64,000 bases of DNA. Origin: Pelomyxa schiedti. Lineage: Eukaryota > Protista > Evosea. How positions within the stretch are numbered: position 1 is the first letter of the stretch; every line of letters begins with the position of its first letter. The stretch lies in the NCBI GenBank assembly GCA_020536535.1, contig JAHLWZ010000802.1:72677-136676 (forward strand), read 5' to 3'. Both the position numbers and the translations under genes were made by a program. The notes under the pieces are model-generated. The model ran no database searches. It saw nothing but the letters and a program-made list of their open reading frames with translations, and was not told the DNA's origin. Of this stretch, positions 36,484 through 51,400 are shown one piece after another.

Positions 36484-37236
36484 ATTAGAAGTAAGTAAGC
36501 CGTGTCTGGATATCCATATCCTCACACGCCTGATATCCACTAAATCATGATGGCTTCGAGCAGCCAGGTCTGACACTACTTTTTGTCAGCGTGGGGTTAG
36601 GTTTTCTTTTGAGTTGGGGTGAAGCTTACTCAGTGGGTTGTTGGACGAAAGTGTGAGGTTAGATGCAATGTCCCTAGTGCAATCAATGCGGTGAAGAGGC
36701 ATCCCACGAGTGCAAGCTCATTGATACTGGTGTTGTTAAGAGGTGCAATTCTTGAACTTGGTGACATCATGCTTTTGGCACATATAGCGCAAATAAGTAG
36801 AGTGGCGACTGTCAGTATTACTGGCAAACTGTTAACAACCTTTTATTTATTAGTTAAGGCCACTGAAGTTTAGTTTTATCCCTTTCCTTATTGAAGATAG
36901 AAGTCTCTTACATAGGATAACGTAGTGAACAAGGTTCCAGGTGATTTGTAAAGAAACTCTTTGAAGTACGCGTAGCTAAGGGAGAGAGCTTCCCACGGCT
37001 GTAAGGTACAACAAAAAAAACCATCAGAGTTATTGCACGAGAACAAGAGGGCGCCCGCTTAGTATATAACGTCATCAATAACAGACGTTGCGAATAGGTT
37101 GCTGGGCACACAGTACACCAAAGGAAGTGCCTAGATCCTCGCTGTCGTTCTTGTGCGTATTGTCGTTGTGGTCAAAGAGAACAATCGGCAGCAGGATAAC
37201 AAGGAAGATCAGCCACAGCACCTTGATAATGACCAT
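36484..37236 (-). CDS. Putative small membrane protein (uncertain structure)
   Basis: Hydrophobic start MVIIKVLWLIFLVILLPIVLF and further hydrophobic exons (LPVILTVATLLICAICA, ELALVGCLFTALIALG). Confidence 0.35.
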
Positions 37237-37445
37237 TTTTTCGGATCTTCCTCTCTACCACAAAAACCGAACAACAAACGTCAATCGCGCAGGGTAGTAA
37301 TGCCACCTGCCATTTTTCAAATGTGTTTCCTTTTGTTAGCCGAAATTAGAATTAAAAAAAAAGAAATAGAAAACGTGAAGTGTTTGTTGTTTGCTTTTTT
37401 GTTTTTACAAGCACAGTGTTGTATTGTAGTGTTATGGGGAGAATT

Positions 37446-39752
37446 CTAATCAGAGGGAGGCCCCTGATCGTCACTGGAGTTTAGCCGCAGTGAATCGGCA
37501 TCTGTATTTTGCATAGATGAGGATGTTGAGAGTGAGGCTGCAGTGGATGTCAGAGCGGGGCTACTCTGAGGAGAGGATGTCATTGAGAGGGGTGTGGGCC
37601 CACGGCTTAGTGAGGTGGACATTCCGGTGGACTTGAGGTCATCTTGAATGTTGTGGGGCTGCTGCTGGCTCCTGCTGGAGTGGTCTTCATCTTTTTTTAG
37701 GGTAAGTTGCTGTTATTTGGAAGGGAGAGTTTTACCTTTTGTGGTGACTGCCTGTGTGCGGCGAGGGTGGTTGTTGTTATGCTGTTGTACACAAGAAACG
37801 CCAGCAGTGTTTGGTTGCTGGTGTTCAGGGTGATTGGATGAGGTGATGTCTTGCTGATTCTGCAATTGTTGCCTCTGTTGTGCCTGCATTAGTTGCTGGG
37901 ATTGTTGTAGTTGTGGTTGTCCTTGAGGTTGTTGTGTGAACTGGTTTTGTTCTAAGATTTGAAGTTGAGGTGTTGTTGTAGCAAGAAGGCGTGGATGCAG
38001 TTGCTGCTTGTTGACAACAAGGACTGGGATTTGCTGTGAAATAGGTGTTAGAAATCCTCAAACGCGGAATTGAAAGGACTCACCATGGAAGTAAGGCTCG
38101 CGTTTTGTCCACTGAGGACCCCAGAAATCCCATTTCCATTTCCCACCATATTAGGAATGCCTAATCCCAGAAGTGAAGATATCCCTGTGTTCATGTTCAC
38201 TCCCATCTGAGGATTTTGTGATTGCTGGAGCATGAGAAGAAAATGGTCTAATTCCATATCTGGTCCCCCAGCGTCCGCTTTTGAAGTATTAATTAAAGGT
38301 CTGGGATTTTGAGAGTGTATTTACCTGGGCTACGAGGGGCCATATGTTGGTCAGAATTAGTAGGCGGTGGGGTAAGTGCCGAATGCAACTGGCCAACTTG
38401 AAGGCCACTGCTACTATTAGAGCCTCCACTTGAATTGTACATATTAAGAAGATTTGCGGCAGTACTGTTCCCAACAGTGCTACCACCGGTTCCACTGGAA
38501 AGGTTGGCAGAGCTGTTGCCACCAAACATTGCGTTATTGGCGTTAATTGCCCCCAACAACCCTTGTCGGGTATTAAAATCCGTCTTGGAAAGATACTCGG
38601 ATATTTTTTGTATGCGCAACTCCAGTTGTTCTTCACGGGATTTTGACTGCAAAAGCACCTATTTTGATCTAAGATACAACGAAGAGGAAATGGAGTGTAC
38701 CTCTTTCAATTGCTGTATCGTCATCTGTGTGTCACCATTTTGCTTTTGCAACTTGGCAATTTCAGTGAGAAGACATTTGTATAGTGCTGTACTACTGTCC
38801 TGATCGATTGATGCAGGTGGATTTGGTGGTATCTGTGTGTTCATCAATGGCCCAGTTACTCCTTGATTGTTCACAAGGCAGAGAAGGCTTCCAGAAGCTG
38901 AACCCACATTATTAGGTGGCTTCTTGTGGACTGGTTTTCTTCGTTGTATGTGCTTGAGTAAATGTGGAGTGTCAAATCTGAAATAATCGTGCATGAAAGC
39001 ATAGCCTTCTCTCGATTCAACTTTGTGGAATCCATAAATGTTTAGCTGGCGGACAAATCTAAGTACTATTAAATTTTCTATGAATGGGGGGAAGAACGTA
39101 CGAGCAAAAGTTGGAATGTTTGAAGAATTTAGGAAGAACCCCAGTGGCAAATTCAACAGGATCCCAAACAATAAAAGCTTGCCGATTGTGCTCTTCACTC
39201 CAGGAAATCAAATGCTTTTTAATATTATGCTTGGAAAAGAAAAGAAAAAATAAAATAAAACGAGATTCAATAGAAAAAGGGACTTGTTGGTACCTGTGTG
39301 GAAGCATCATTTACCAGTTCATACAATTTACACACAAATGGTGCAATTCCATCTTGGGCTGCATTAAGGCTTGTTATGGAGGCCGGAGTAGCACCCCCAT
39401 TTACCCCAGTTCCAACACCGCCCATTCCAACTCCGGAGACAGTGCCTAGTACGCCACAGTTGAGGAAGCTTGCATTCCCGTTAAACATTGTAGGATCCAT
39501 TCCAACGCCCAAGTTTCCATTGCTGCCAAGGCCCAGGTTAACGCCAAGTCCGTTGACGGCACCCAAGCCATCGAGGCCTTCCAGCCCAATACCGCCACTT
39601 TCACCCATCAGCAAAGCGCCGTTGACTGCGTTCATTATGTTCGAGTTGGGTGAGCTGCCTTGCGCCAGCGACGATTGCACAACGGACTCAGGGGGAAGGC
39701 CATCTCCTTGTGGAATCATGGGTGACGGCGGACACGAGTTGTTCGTTTTCAT
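37446..39752 (-). CDS. Heat-shock-factor (HSF) family transcription factor; multi-exon
   Basis: APFVCKLYELVND..LISWS..FIVWDPVEFA..VLPKFFKHSNFCS/FVRQLNIYGFHKV..F.HDYF..LLKHIQRRK, followed by a coiled coil and a Q-rich tail. Confidence 0.93.
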
Positions 39753-40191
39753 GACTGGTGCAAGTAGACGTGAGTTAAAAAAAAAAAAGATGCAACACCA
39801 CACCTGGTAGTCTAAAAAACGCACTTAACAGGAGGCCGGAAGTACAAAGGACGGAGAGACCGTATCAACGACGCACTCAACAGGAACACACCACCACTAA
39901 GGATCTTAACGTTACTCTGTGCTTGTTTTTGTGAAGACTAAGAAGAAACGGAGTTGAAGGCGAAGAAGAAAGATCTCAACGCCGGTCTAGTGCCTCTAGA
40001 CTGGTCTGGGTTGTTCAACAAAAACAAATTAGTGATTACTATAAACCGCGGTTTTGCTTGAGGTCCCGATCAAACGCAGATTTGTCGATCTCCTGCTTTG
40101 GCACCAAATCCCTGCTTCCGAAAAAGCAGAAATCCAAGCAAACGCAAAATCAAAAAACAAAAGAAAAACCGGACCTCTCGGCGAGCGACAC

Positions 40192-43100
40192 ATGGCTGAC
40201 GATACGACAGCGGTGATAGCATCCGGCTCTGGATCTGGATCTTCTGGGTCGTCTTCCACACCTCCGCTTAAGTCCACTACACCCCCGCCTGTTGTCTCAA
40301 CTCCCACTCCAAGCACGACACCCAGTACATGTTCAACCCCAACACCGTCGGTGACGCCACCAATAACTCCGAGTGGCAGCGCTACGACACCTCTTTTGAA
40401 GTCTTCTTCGAGCGAACTTCTCGCCGTTTTCCCCCCCAAGGTGAAGGGGAATTCTTCAGCACCTTTTTTTTTAACACTCTTGTAACAGAGAGATTATGTT
40501 CTACTTTGGAACACAGATCAAGTGTGCAGCTCCTTCAAGGAGGACGCAGGTTATACTTCTCTGTTAGACTTCACTGTGTTGTATTTACATATGATGAACA
40601 GCATTTGTGAATCCAAACCTTTCCTATGGAAAAGAGTCTTCTGAGGAAAAGGAAGAAAGAGCTGAAAGGGAAAGAGCTTCCAGTGAACCCACCACGGAAC
40701 CTCAAACAACCAGCACAACACCTAGCACAACCGCAAGTGAAGCAGACGTGAATCACACAACACAAGACTCAGGAGTAACAACCCCTGATCCTCACATGGA
40801 ACACATCACTGTTATACTAGAAGCACTTCAAAGAATACAATTGACTGGCTCTGCACTTCTTGCACTGTCATGCCAAATGCCATACTCACTTGCTTACTCC
40901 TCTGCCATTATCAAAGCACCTCCTGTTTTATACTACAAACCTCCAACCACAGCACCCTCACCCTCACCTTCACCTGAAACGGCTGAAATATCTGCCGCCA
41001 AACATCGACAGGCAATAGAGCTTGTATCTCGGGAATTGGGTATTCCTTATGAGGCAGCAACTGCTTTTGCGATATACCTTTCTCATTTGCGAGGTTTCTA
41101 AAAAAAAAAAAAAACTCAAGCAGAAATACCATGCTCACCCCTCACAGCGTCAGTGTTTATTAAGCGTCGAATTCAAAAAAGAGTCTTGAAGAAACGAGGT
41201 TACTTAACCATTTTTTCAAACCAGCATTAACAAGGCCAATAGCCAACCGAGAAGCTCATAGAAATTCTGTAGTCAAGGAAATTGTTGAGAGTGAAAAGTA
41301 TTTCCATTGAATATCACCCAAATCTTATCGTTTTTAGGAGCTATGTTGATCAACTGCAAATCTTGATTTCTGTATGTGAATGAATGTTTTGCTGTGCACT
41401 TTAAGTGAAAAACCCAGGTGTTCATGGACCCCCTCCGCAAATCTGGTTTTCTCACAGATGAAGAAATGAAAACTATATTTAGTGACATTTCTATCATCGC
41501 GGGCATGAATACAACATTACTAAAACTGCTTGAGACCCGATTTGAACATTGGGGTCCCACAACAAAATTGGGAGATATTTTCCTCCGTGTGGTGAGTAAT
41601 ACGTACTCTCTTATGCAACTTATTTCATAAGAGTGACTACTTGCGTATGTATACAGAATATGTAACAAATTTTGATCACTCAATATCGAGTTGGTCTAAA
41701 CTTGAGCCTAGCCACCCAGCAAAAAAGCTCGTTGCCGTATGTTCTCCCTTTTACAGAAACTCGACTAATTTACTTTTGATTGTAGAAACAAGCACCTAAG
41801 GCTGGAGAATATGCCAATTGGGGTATGTGGCCATTTACATGTATTTTCCTAATGGCACCTAGAACTAAACTCTTTTCTTATTCTGCCAGTGCAGCGTATT
41901 CCCCGCTATAAATTGTTGCTTCAGGTAAATCTACAATTTTTTTCCTCATCCAACAGAGTAAAACAGGCTGTCGTCAAAGATACCTCACCACTCCATCCTG
42001 ACTGGGCAACTCTAAATGCAGCACTGGATAAAATCAGCAAGATCGCAGGTTGGGTGAATGAATGTCAGCATAAGTATGAAAGTGGACTGCAACTACTAGA
42101 GCTTCAGGCTACAATAAACGGGCTACCTACGGTATACCCTCAATACATACACCCCTCCTTAGCTCATGTTAAAGGCACTTGTTGGAGGTGCAAGAGAACT
42201 GGTGAAGCAAGGGGAAATCTGGCAAGTTGTGGAAAAAAAAATTAGTAGATGGTTTATGGCCATTCTGACAGATCAAATTTTGCTTTGCGAATACAAGAAG
42301 GTGTGACCACAAACTCACAGTCTACTAGTTTAAAAAAAAAAAAAACGAAAGCCAGAGTCTGGGCTATTCAAAAAAGTGTCCTACAAATACCAACTGACAC
42401 AAACCATCCTAATGGATGGGTTGATGGTTGATGACTTACCAGATAGTCCAAGTAGTCCTCTGTTCACTGAGTGTATTTAAGACTAACCAATGGCATCTCA
42501 CTCTCAGCTTTGATTAATTCCTTTAGCATATCATTTCGGGGACGAAGTGGTGTTCTAAGAACTGCCACTTTTTTTAGTAAGTCACCAGAGGAGAAAACAT
42601 CCTGGTTTCAGACAATAAAGAATGCCACCAAAACGCACAATGAGCTCAAAACAACTGTGGAAGGTTTCTTAATTACCACATGAAAGACTCTAACTGATCA
42701 AACTTGCTTAGAATCCGCAACTGAAATTGCAAAACCTAAAGTCGCCTTTGCGAAATCAATTTTGGATACACATTATGCTGGCCTCAAGACCAATAGATCA
42801 ACCAGTACTACCCTTTGTTATGGCACCATCTCAATTTCACTTAGTGCCAAGTCTTAAGCGTGGATTCCCCACTATCTACCAAATGAGCCCTGGAGATAGG
42901 CAGCGCTTAGCTGAGGAGGCCCGCAAGGAATTCGAGCAGCTTCAACAAGAGGAGAAACTGAAGCAGGAACGACAGGCGTTGCAAGCTCAAAAAGAAGCTG
43001 ATGAAAGGCTCAAACAAGTTGCTCAGCAGCTACACGCACTTGCTGGTCAACCCCAAGTTATTAGCAACCTGCTTCTAACCAAGTCCAACCCCGGTGAGGC

Positions 43101-43695
43101 AAACAGCGATTTCTTTTCTTAATATATATGCTAACTACAAATAGCTTACCGCAGTGCTGAGAAAGGGACTCCTACACCAGACAAAACGAGTACCCCACCC
43201 GACAAAGCACCGCCACCAATCCCTCACAGGACACCTGAGGGTATCTCCACCATTGATAAAACTGGTACGGCAGATAAATCCACCACTCCCACAAGCACTC
43301 AACATGCAACTGCACCTACCGGAACACCCGCAATACCAAGCACAACGCCCACACCTACTCCTACTCCTACACCTACCCCCACACCCACGCCCACCCCTAC
43401 TCCTACCCCAACCGCTCCCACTCCAACCCCAACGCCTCCAGTCACCACAGCAACCCCCACCACAGACTCAGGACCCTCATACACGTCGGCCCACAAACCG
43501 CACTACCGCCATCACCACTCACACCACCACCATCACGCCAGCAAGAGCACAGCTACTTCACACCACAGCCATCACCACCGATCATCCGTAGGGGTGACGC
43601 CAAGCACCACTCCCCCCACCGCCGCGCACAAGAAGGCCTCTGTAGGCGCCAATGACGGCTCCAGCAGCTCAGGCACCGGCAGTGCCTCTGAGTAA
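40192..43695 (+). CDS. Dbl-family RhoGEF (DH-PH) protein; multi-exon
   Basis: HRNSVVKEIVESEK, FMDPL..EEMKTIFSDI, LNSFLILPVQRIPRYKLLL..LDKISKIAGWVNE; PH RELVKQG..EEKTSWFQTI; P/T/H-rich tail. Confidence 0.9.
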
Positions 43696-43801
43696 CCAGT
43701 GCACTATCACCAGTCCAACACACCCAGCTTACCAAGCCACAAACAACTTTACCTTTGTTCTGTATCTCGCTCTCCCGTCCGTCCGTAACAAACAATCAAC
43801 A

Positions 43802-45270
43802 ATGCAAATGGACCCTCGGGCTACGTCCCTAGAGGAGGTTTGGCTACGAAACCTCTAACACACTGCCACACTGACATTAACAACTATGGTGTGTGATTGA
43901 TGTACACAGGCGATTGCGGAGCGCGACCGCAGGAAGGCGGACTGGTGTGCGATGCAGTTGTTGTACGGGGCTGTTGTTAGTTGCTTGTGCAGGAGCGGCG
44001 GGATAGGGACCAAGGGGAGCGAAGAAGGTGGTGGTGGCACAGCGACCGTGGCAAGGAAACCAGAGGCGAACGTGACCACTGTGCAAAAGTGCGGGGGACT
44101 GTGTGTAGTTGGTTGGCTAGTGGCTGTGAGTGTGGTGCGTGGTGGGGCGGGATATTATTATCTTGGAACTTGTTCTTACTGGGGGATGCTATCTTTATTG
44201 GTTTTTTTTTTTATTTAGTTTGGCTGAGCATGCTGTTGTACGAGAGATGGCGAGGCGAGGTGCTCAAAGGGAAGGACCCGGATTTCCCCGCGCCGTTCTG
44301 GCTCAGCTTAATGACGATGGCACAAGCTCTGTAACTGAACCAACTGAGACTCCCAACACACATTCTTCTATGAACTCTGCCATGGTCAGTACTCTTGAAT
44401 TATCTGGGGGGAAAGTAAATGTAACTTGAAATACATGCTCAGGCTCAACTGCACGAATCGGTTCGTTGTACAGTGCTACCTTCTGTAGAGCGCTATTTTT
44501 CTGAAACTAGTGCCATGCTTCTCCGACTTGTACATCGGAAGGAAACAACAAGCCGTGGTGTTAGGGATGCCTCTGTTTTGTATGAAGCAGTTAGATTGCA
44601 GAAAGTTCAACTTATATCCGACCGAAATGAACTTGCATCACTTAGACGCTTGCACTTTTTGTCTTCCATATCACTTTCCAAGGTTGAAATGCAACCAGAA
44701 ACTCCTCGCTCATCGATATACAGACACTAGTGGAGGAAATTCATTTTCTGATTCAGCTCATTCTCAAGTATAAAGTAGATAAGGAGCATACACACAACCT
44801 TGTCTCTGTTGAACGCCTATGTGCAGAAAGCTATGCACTTAGCTACAAACTTATGTATGTTCTAGATTACTAAAAAACAGTGACTTACATCTATAAGGGT
44901 GATACACCAACGGATTCTTTCGCAGACCTACATACCTGAGAATATCACCAAACTGAGGCAAATGAGGTTGCATCCCCTAACACTTTCGCAACATTACAAT
45001 CCTTGAATACTTTCGCAACTCAGACTACAAGAAGACTCACTTTTGCCCCCAAACAGAAATGACCTAATTCAGGAGCACTTTTTCACCAAGCAAGAGATTG
45101 AGCGCACAAAACACACACTTTCACTGTATCACCAATCATGCACAGACCCATCCTATCAATCCCTGCTTCAACAATACACAGCCCTTCTTCGACAACGAGA
45201 GAGTACCTCATGGGCTCTTGCCAACTTTGGTCCAATGGACAAAGCATTGTCTGTCAGCCACACAACCTAA
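43802..45270 (+). CDS. Augmin subunit HAUS4-like coiled-coil protein; multi-exon
   Basis: C-terminal ..ILSQTYIPENITKLRQMR..LSLY..YQSLLQQY..LLRQRESTSWALANF resembles the HAUS4 C-terminus. Confidence 0.6.
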
Positions 45271-45417
45271 TACCACAAAAGAAGGAACTTTTTCTTGAAG
45301 CCTTAATGTTGGTGTATCAAACACTTGTTCCTCTTGAAGAGCAAAGACTAATTTCTATTTTCTTTTTTTTTGAAAATAATAACACAAGCACTAGGTTTCT
45401 TTTTCGTGCTTTGGACT

Positions 45418-48400
45418 TCAGATAGAATCCAGGTCTTGCACACCGTCTCGTTCGAGCTCCGCTCTGATGGTGCTGCGCAAAAGTTCGAGGTCACAATTGT
45501 AGGACTTGGGCATACGGTCCAGGCACTTGACAGTGTGTGGGTGCATTTCGTGCAGAAGATCTTGCTTGTGGAAGAAGATGTACTGACGGACCAACATAGG
45601 AATTGGGGCTGGTTGGTTCCATGGTGGCACTTCCCAGGTGGGGAACGCTGTTGTGAAATCTCGGAAGGGTACGCGTTTGTCCGAACCACTGAGGCGGATC
45701 GTAGCATTTTTGGCGGCACTTTGCAGGCAAGAATCTGGATCAATCATGAGGGAGACACATTCGTGGGTTCCGCCAAGGCCGCCAGGTTGGTGTGCGGACA
45801 TGTGCAACCCGGAATGTCCGTCACCTGAGGGGTGGGCACACCGGATACGACACATAGGGCAAAGCTCCTTGCAACGCAACCGGAATGTTTCAGTGACTGG
45901 TGCATCCCGGAGGCGTTGAAGTATACCGTCAGCTATTCTACCTATGCAGAATGGTGTATGTGTTACAGAAGGGAGGGATTCATATGGAAGGGATTCTTCT
46001 ACGTGTGCTGCTATATCTTGCAGCTCCACCAAACCGCAACTGTCAATGTTGAACATGGCTGAGGCATTCTCAGGGTCTGGTAACCTGTCCTCAAGGAAGC
46101 CTAAACCCTGCAAGCTTGAGCGAAGCACGGTGAAGAACTTCTGGCTGCGGCCAGGGCACACACCTGAGTTGGTAGAAGGGTCGATATGTGCTGCCTGCTG
46201 GGCAGCTGTGTGAAGACTACTACATATCAGATTTCTGAGATTTACCAAGTCACTGTTGTCAGTGTAGTGCTTTTTAAGAAACACCATAATTCGTTGCGTC
46301 ATTACTTCATCATAGTGACTCTGGGGATCACTCAGAGCTTTCTTCAGGGCAATTGTCATTTATTTTTGTCAACAGGTCGTAGTCAGCAAGGTTCTGAAGC
46401 ACCTTGTACGACATTACAAAACCTTGTTGGCATAATTCTTGCTCACGTAGAAGGTTAGCAGTGCGGTGCACAATGAGGCTAAGGTGTTGCCTCCAGAAGG
46501 AATTGCGGATGGTTTCTACCAGATACTTCTTCAGACGCGCCTGCACTTCCAAGCCGTTGATTGTATCTAGGAAGAACTGCCGAAGTTCTACCTTCGACGA
46601 AGCAATCAACCCTGGAATGGAGTTGGTGCTATCCCACTTGCACTGCTTTGTGAGTAGTATTCTTGTCACCTCTTGCCTGGCCATGTTGTGGATGTAAGAT
46701 TTCACCGCAAAGCGGTACTCCCCCTTGCCGATAAGGAGGGCGTCTGTCTTCTGGATGACCATCTCGACTGCAGCATCAGAGTAAACAGTGTGGTCTTTTA
46801 GTAGACGCTTAACCTCTGCCATCACTTCAAAAAATAGACGTTGCACTCCCTCAATTTCTAACTCCGAACGCCTAGAATCCCCACTGAATATCTTTCTTAG
46901 GCGTGGAAGGAAAACGCACCAGGCTGAGCTGGCATGAGATGCCTTGGAACTCTCAATTTCTTCGGAGTACGTCGGCGTAATTACATCATCTTTAATTATG
47001 CCGCAGCGTTGCCTATACACTTGCCATACATTAGTCTCTACTAAGTTATGAAGTGGCTTGCACTCTGTCGAGGCTCTTTGCTCCACTCGATCAAATATTG
47101 CTGTAAATTCTTCCTCCTTTCTTGTATCAGACCAGTCCTTTCGCTCCTTCAAAGGATGTTGTTGGCACAAGACTTTGGTATCATAAACAATTTGTTGCTT
47201 GTACTCTTCCACCTTGATTTTGAAGAATTTGCGTGCCATAACTAGGTTACGGACTCGTTCAGAAGAAGCCACAGTTTGTTGGAAAAGGAAATTCTCCCAC
47301 TTGCCCTTCTCAGAATCCCTGAAGTTATTGTAAATACCAGGGGATATTGTGAGTTCAAACTGCTGGTTAGCTTTCTGTGCTTCCTCTTGAATCTGTTTTG
47401 CAATGTGCTGATCCAGCAGCCTAATTAGTTCCTGACATACTTTTTCTGGAAGATTCCCGCCTGCTTTCTCGGTTGCCTGTAGAAACATACCCCTGGTTCC
47501 TGGCTCGCCATCCACAAGTGCAACAAAGTTGCTCTGTACATTCTCAAAAGCTACCACATAGGCCTTTGACACACTGCAGCGCAGAATGCCAAGTTCATCT
47601 CCCAACTTTTCCAGAGCCACACGAGCATCTGCACACTGATACACCATCACAGACTCCATCTCGAGAATCTCATCCTGTGCTTTCAGGAAGTGCTCTGTCC
47701 AACGTGCCAATGAGCGGGATTTGAATTTGGCTTGCATACAGCACCGTTCGTGGATACGTTCACGCAAATTACTAACGTCAAGGCCATAATGGGAATCTGG
47801 CACGTCATCTGGGGCCCTGTCAGACTTGGTGATATTACCTAGGATGAAGATATCTTTTTCAGGAACGAAATCTGTAAGAAAGTCATTTGGGTTCTGCCCA
47901 GAGAGTGTGGAGGCAAGTTCCAATGCTTTACTCACATCATTGAAAAGAATGGCGCGCACTTCATCAACTACTTTCATACCTTGTGCCTTAGAAATACTCC
48001 GCATGGCAAAAAAGAGACGGTTTGTGAGGCGGCCAAGATTTCCTGTTGAGCGGTCGGAGATGTACTTGACAATTGATAGTACATCCCGAGAGTCGTTGGA
48101 TTGGTTTCCATTCACCAAAACAAGTGTTGCATCTGCCAACCACACAGCATACACCGCCAAGCGGTTGTCATGCAGAAGTGCATTATCTGTGTGATGCAAG
48201 TCAGGTGACCTAACTCCTTCCGTGTCCAGCACTAAGAGGTACTTGAATTTTGTGTCTTGTCTCTCACAACGGATCAGCTGCATATTCAAGCCTCTTGTGC
48301 ACCTTGTAACACTCGTGCGGAAGCGGCACCCAAACATCACGTTCAGCAAGCTCGACTTACCTGATTTTTGTACTCCCAGGATGCTCAAGACAAACACACG

Positions 48401-51400
48401 TGTAGGCTTCACACCCAGTTCCGGGTGCCGCTGGTGGATTGCCACCTGTAGAGCTGACATTACAGCCTTGAGCCAACTACCATTTGCCCAAGAGCAGTCA
48501 CCGTCGACCAACTCTATTGGAAACCCATCCAGTAAGTGCAATGCAGCCATCATTGGAAACTTGGCATAACGGTTAACCCCCTCATGGTTAGCAGGCTGAC
48601 ATATAACTGCCTTTTCTATTTGCACCTGTACCGCTTCATACATGCAGGCCATTTCTCGGAATAGGTGCTCTGGTGCGACCACAGACTCTGCCACAGCAAC
48701 TTCAGCCTTCTGACGTTCCTGTTCTGCCAGGTGGAGCTCACTGGCTGGAACTGATTTCGATACCTTTTCTTGGTACTGTTGGCGGGCTTTTGATCGCCTT
48801 GTCAAGAGACCGGCTCCTTTGCAATTGCAGTGTTCTTCAAGAAGGCGGTCCAACATTAGATACATATTCACACGGTCGGAAGCCGTTGTCCTCTGAAGGA
48901 TGGACTCAAACATACTCAAAACTGGCAGCTTGTCCAGCTGATTAACTATTTTGACCCGCTTAGAGAAGCAATCTTGAATATGACGGCTTGCTTCAGTGCG
49001 ATGAGCAATGGATGTCAAGGGGTTCTTATTTTGACGCATTGCGGCAACTTGATCCCTAAAGTGTTTATGTAATGGCAAGCTCTGGTCTCTAGAGATACTA
49101 AGAGTGTCAAGTATCTCCCGCATGTAAGCTATGCTATATGCTCCTGAAAGTGCCAGCGTTGATGAAGGTGACGGTACCGGTTTTGTGGTCGCTGTCGTGG
49201 TCATCGTTGCTGTTTTTGTTGTTGTTGTAGTTGGCGCTGCGGTTGTTGGTGTTGGTGGCACTTGAGTTGGGACAAATAAGAAAGAGAGGGGGTTACGGCA
49301 ACGCACAGGTTGCTTTTGAAGCATTTGAGTGCCCAAATTGTTGCGGTCTTTACAAGTGTCTCTCAAGAGTTGTTTAATGGTTGTTGTGAGTTCATCTGTG
49401 ACAAGTCCTTGTAGGTTATTTACCTTCACTCCTTTACAGTGAGTTTCTTTAGACTTCGAGAAGGGTGGCTTTGGAGTCCAAAATATGAATCGCGCTGGCC
49501 AGGGAGTAGTGCCCTGGGGAGTAAAGGATTTGTTGAGAGGTGGAGATGAACTCAGCTCAAAGAGTACTACATCAAAAAGTTCATGCAGTCTATTCTTCAT
49601 CTCCTCATACTTAGAATTGCCAACAATGTGAGATAGAATCAACGGTATTGGTGGCCGTTCCTCTGCTGAAGAGCTTTTCTGAGAAAGCCACCCATAGCCA
49701 AGCTCCGCTATGGAGCAGGTACCCACACCATATGCAGTTAATGTGTCACAACCGAGAACTTTAACAAGAGAGGGTGTTTGGCGGGAGCTTCCTTCCTCCA
49801 GGCTGACGAGGGCCACACGCATCAACTCTTGATCAGACACAATCACTGAAGTGTTACCCTCCAAAAGGAGTGTTTCAACATTATCAAGCGCATGCCCTGA
49901 TATTACTAGTGGCACGGCACAGCGTCGGTGCAACAATGTTGAAGCTATGTAACTTTGGGACACTTCATCACATTGTGATAGCATCTTGCACATCCTTTCA
50001 TGAGGTGATGTAAAAACTGTCGTGGATGGTGGTGTGAGGGGAGTATTACTCTCAGAGGCAAACAAATCATCCTCGCTCTGAGTTTCATCTGATTCAGCAT
50101 TGCACGTTACTTCTTCAGAAGAGCTTGGAGGTTCTGCTGACGTTGTAGGGAATGCCAGTCTATGAACAAGAACGTCAATTAACTCATGGTCCTCTAGATC
50201 TGGAAGAAGAGCCAGGGGTCTGTCGACAAGGAACTTCTCTGCAAAGGAAGACACCTCATGCTGACAAAACCATGTCACTGTAAGATTTTGTTCATTAGCA
50301 ACTTTTTTGCTACTACCAGATTCATTGGGAGGATATAAATTGTCATCACAATCGCCAAACCCAGCCAGATAGCACTTCATTTCATCAAGCATGTGCTCCA
50401 TCTGCATCTTTGATAAGGGTCCCTGAAAGCCACTTGCAAAAAAACCAAACTTATTCTGGAGAAGGTGTTTCAGCTCAATGGCCTGGCTTGTGGATGCAAA
50501 TCTACTATTTTCACAAAGGTTCCATACTAGAGTACGCTCGACTCGAAAAGCCACCATTGGGTGGTCCATGAGTTGGTCATAAAGTAGTTTATGGAGGATT
50601 TCAACAAGTTGGTTTCCACTTTCTACTGGCTGGGCAAACCAGTCACTTTCCGGAGAAGCATTTGCTTCGTGGTTGCGAGTCAGGAAAAGCTTTTCAATAA
50701 TGGGATTTCTAAACAATGGCGAGGTGGTATCATTCCGCTGGAGATCTACCTGTTGTGGCTCTGATATACAAGCGAATAGAGCACGCCTTAGCTCTGAAAA
50801 TCGATAAAGAGAAGGTACTGCAGTGCCGTCCTCTGACGGGGAACAAAGCTTCCCACAAATTTGCACTGCAGTGGCGAGTGGCTGGCCAGGTTCCAGGAAT
50901 TTGAAAAGGAGGTTAGATTCTCCAAGAAAAGAGGCCCACTTGTGTATCGCCATAAATGCCCGCAAAATTGCTTGTGCTGCCTGCTGGTCCCACTGTTTAT
51001 TGTCAATACCATTCTGAGCTTGTGCACTCACGATCACGTCTGCACATTGTTGTACAAACACCTGCAAAACAGCAAGGTCAGAAGCACACACGCCATTTCC
51101 AGAAGGCTCAGGTAGCTGGAAATGAGGGAGGCCATCTCCAAACAAGTCCTGTATACAAGTATCACGCTGCACCGCTGCCCGTGTCTGGTTTATGGCATCG
51201 AGAACTGTGGGAATATCACGCTGGTCTTCAGCCATCTGCAGCCAGGCTTGGCGTACAAATCGACCGGCGGCCTGCACAACATCTTCACTGTGGCGCAGCA
51301 TTAAGTCCCAGACAGGGATAAGGGTGTGAAACGGACCACGGTCAATGATGCGCCACGTGTTTGGGCTGCTAAGCAGCTGAGCCACGAAGGCATCAGCAGA

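Noticed and set aside
43652-43858. ORF as RhoGEF C-terminus or separate gene
   Set aside because: The RhoGEF stops at 43695 in another frame, and the last codons of this ORF are the first exon of the next gene.
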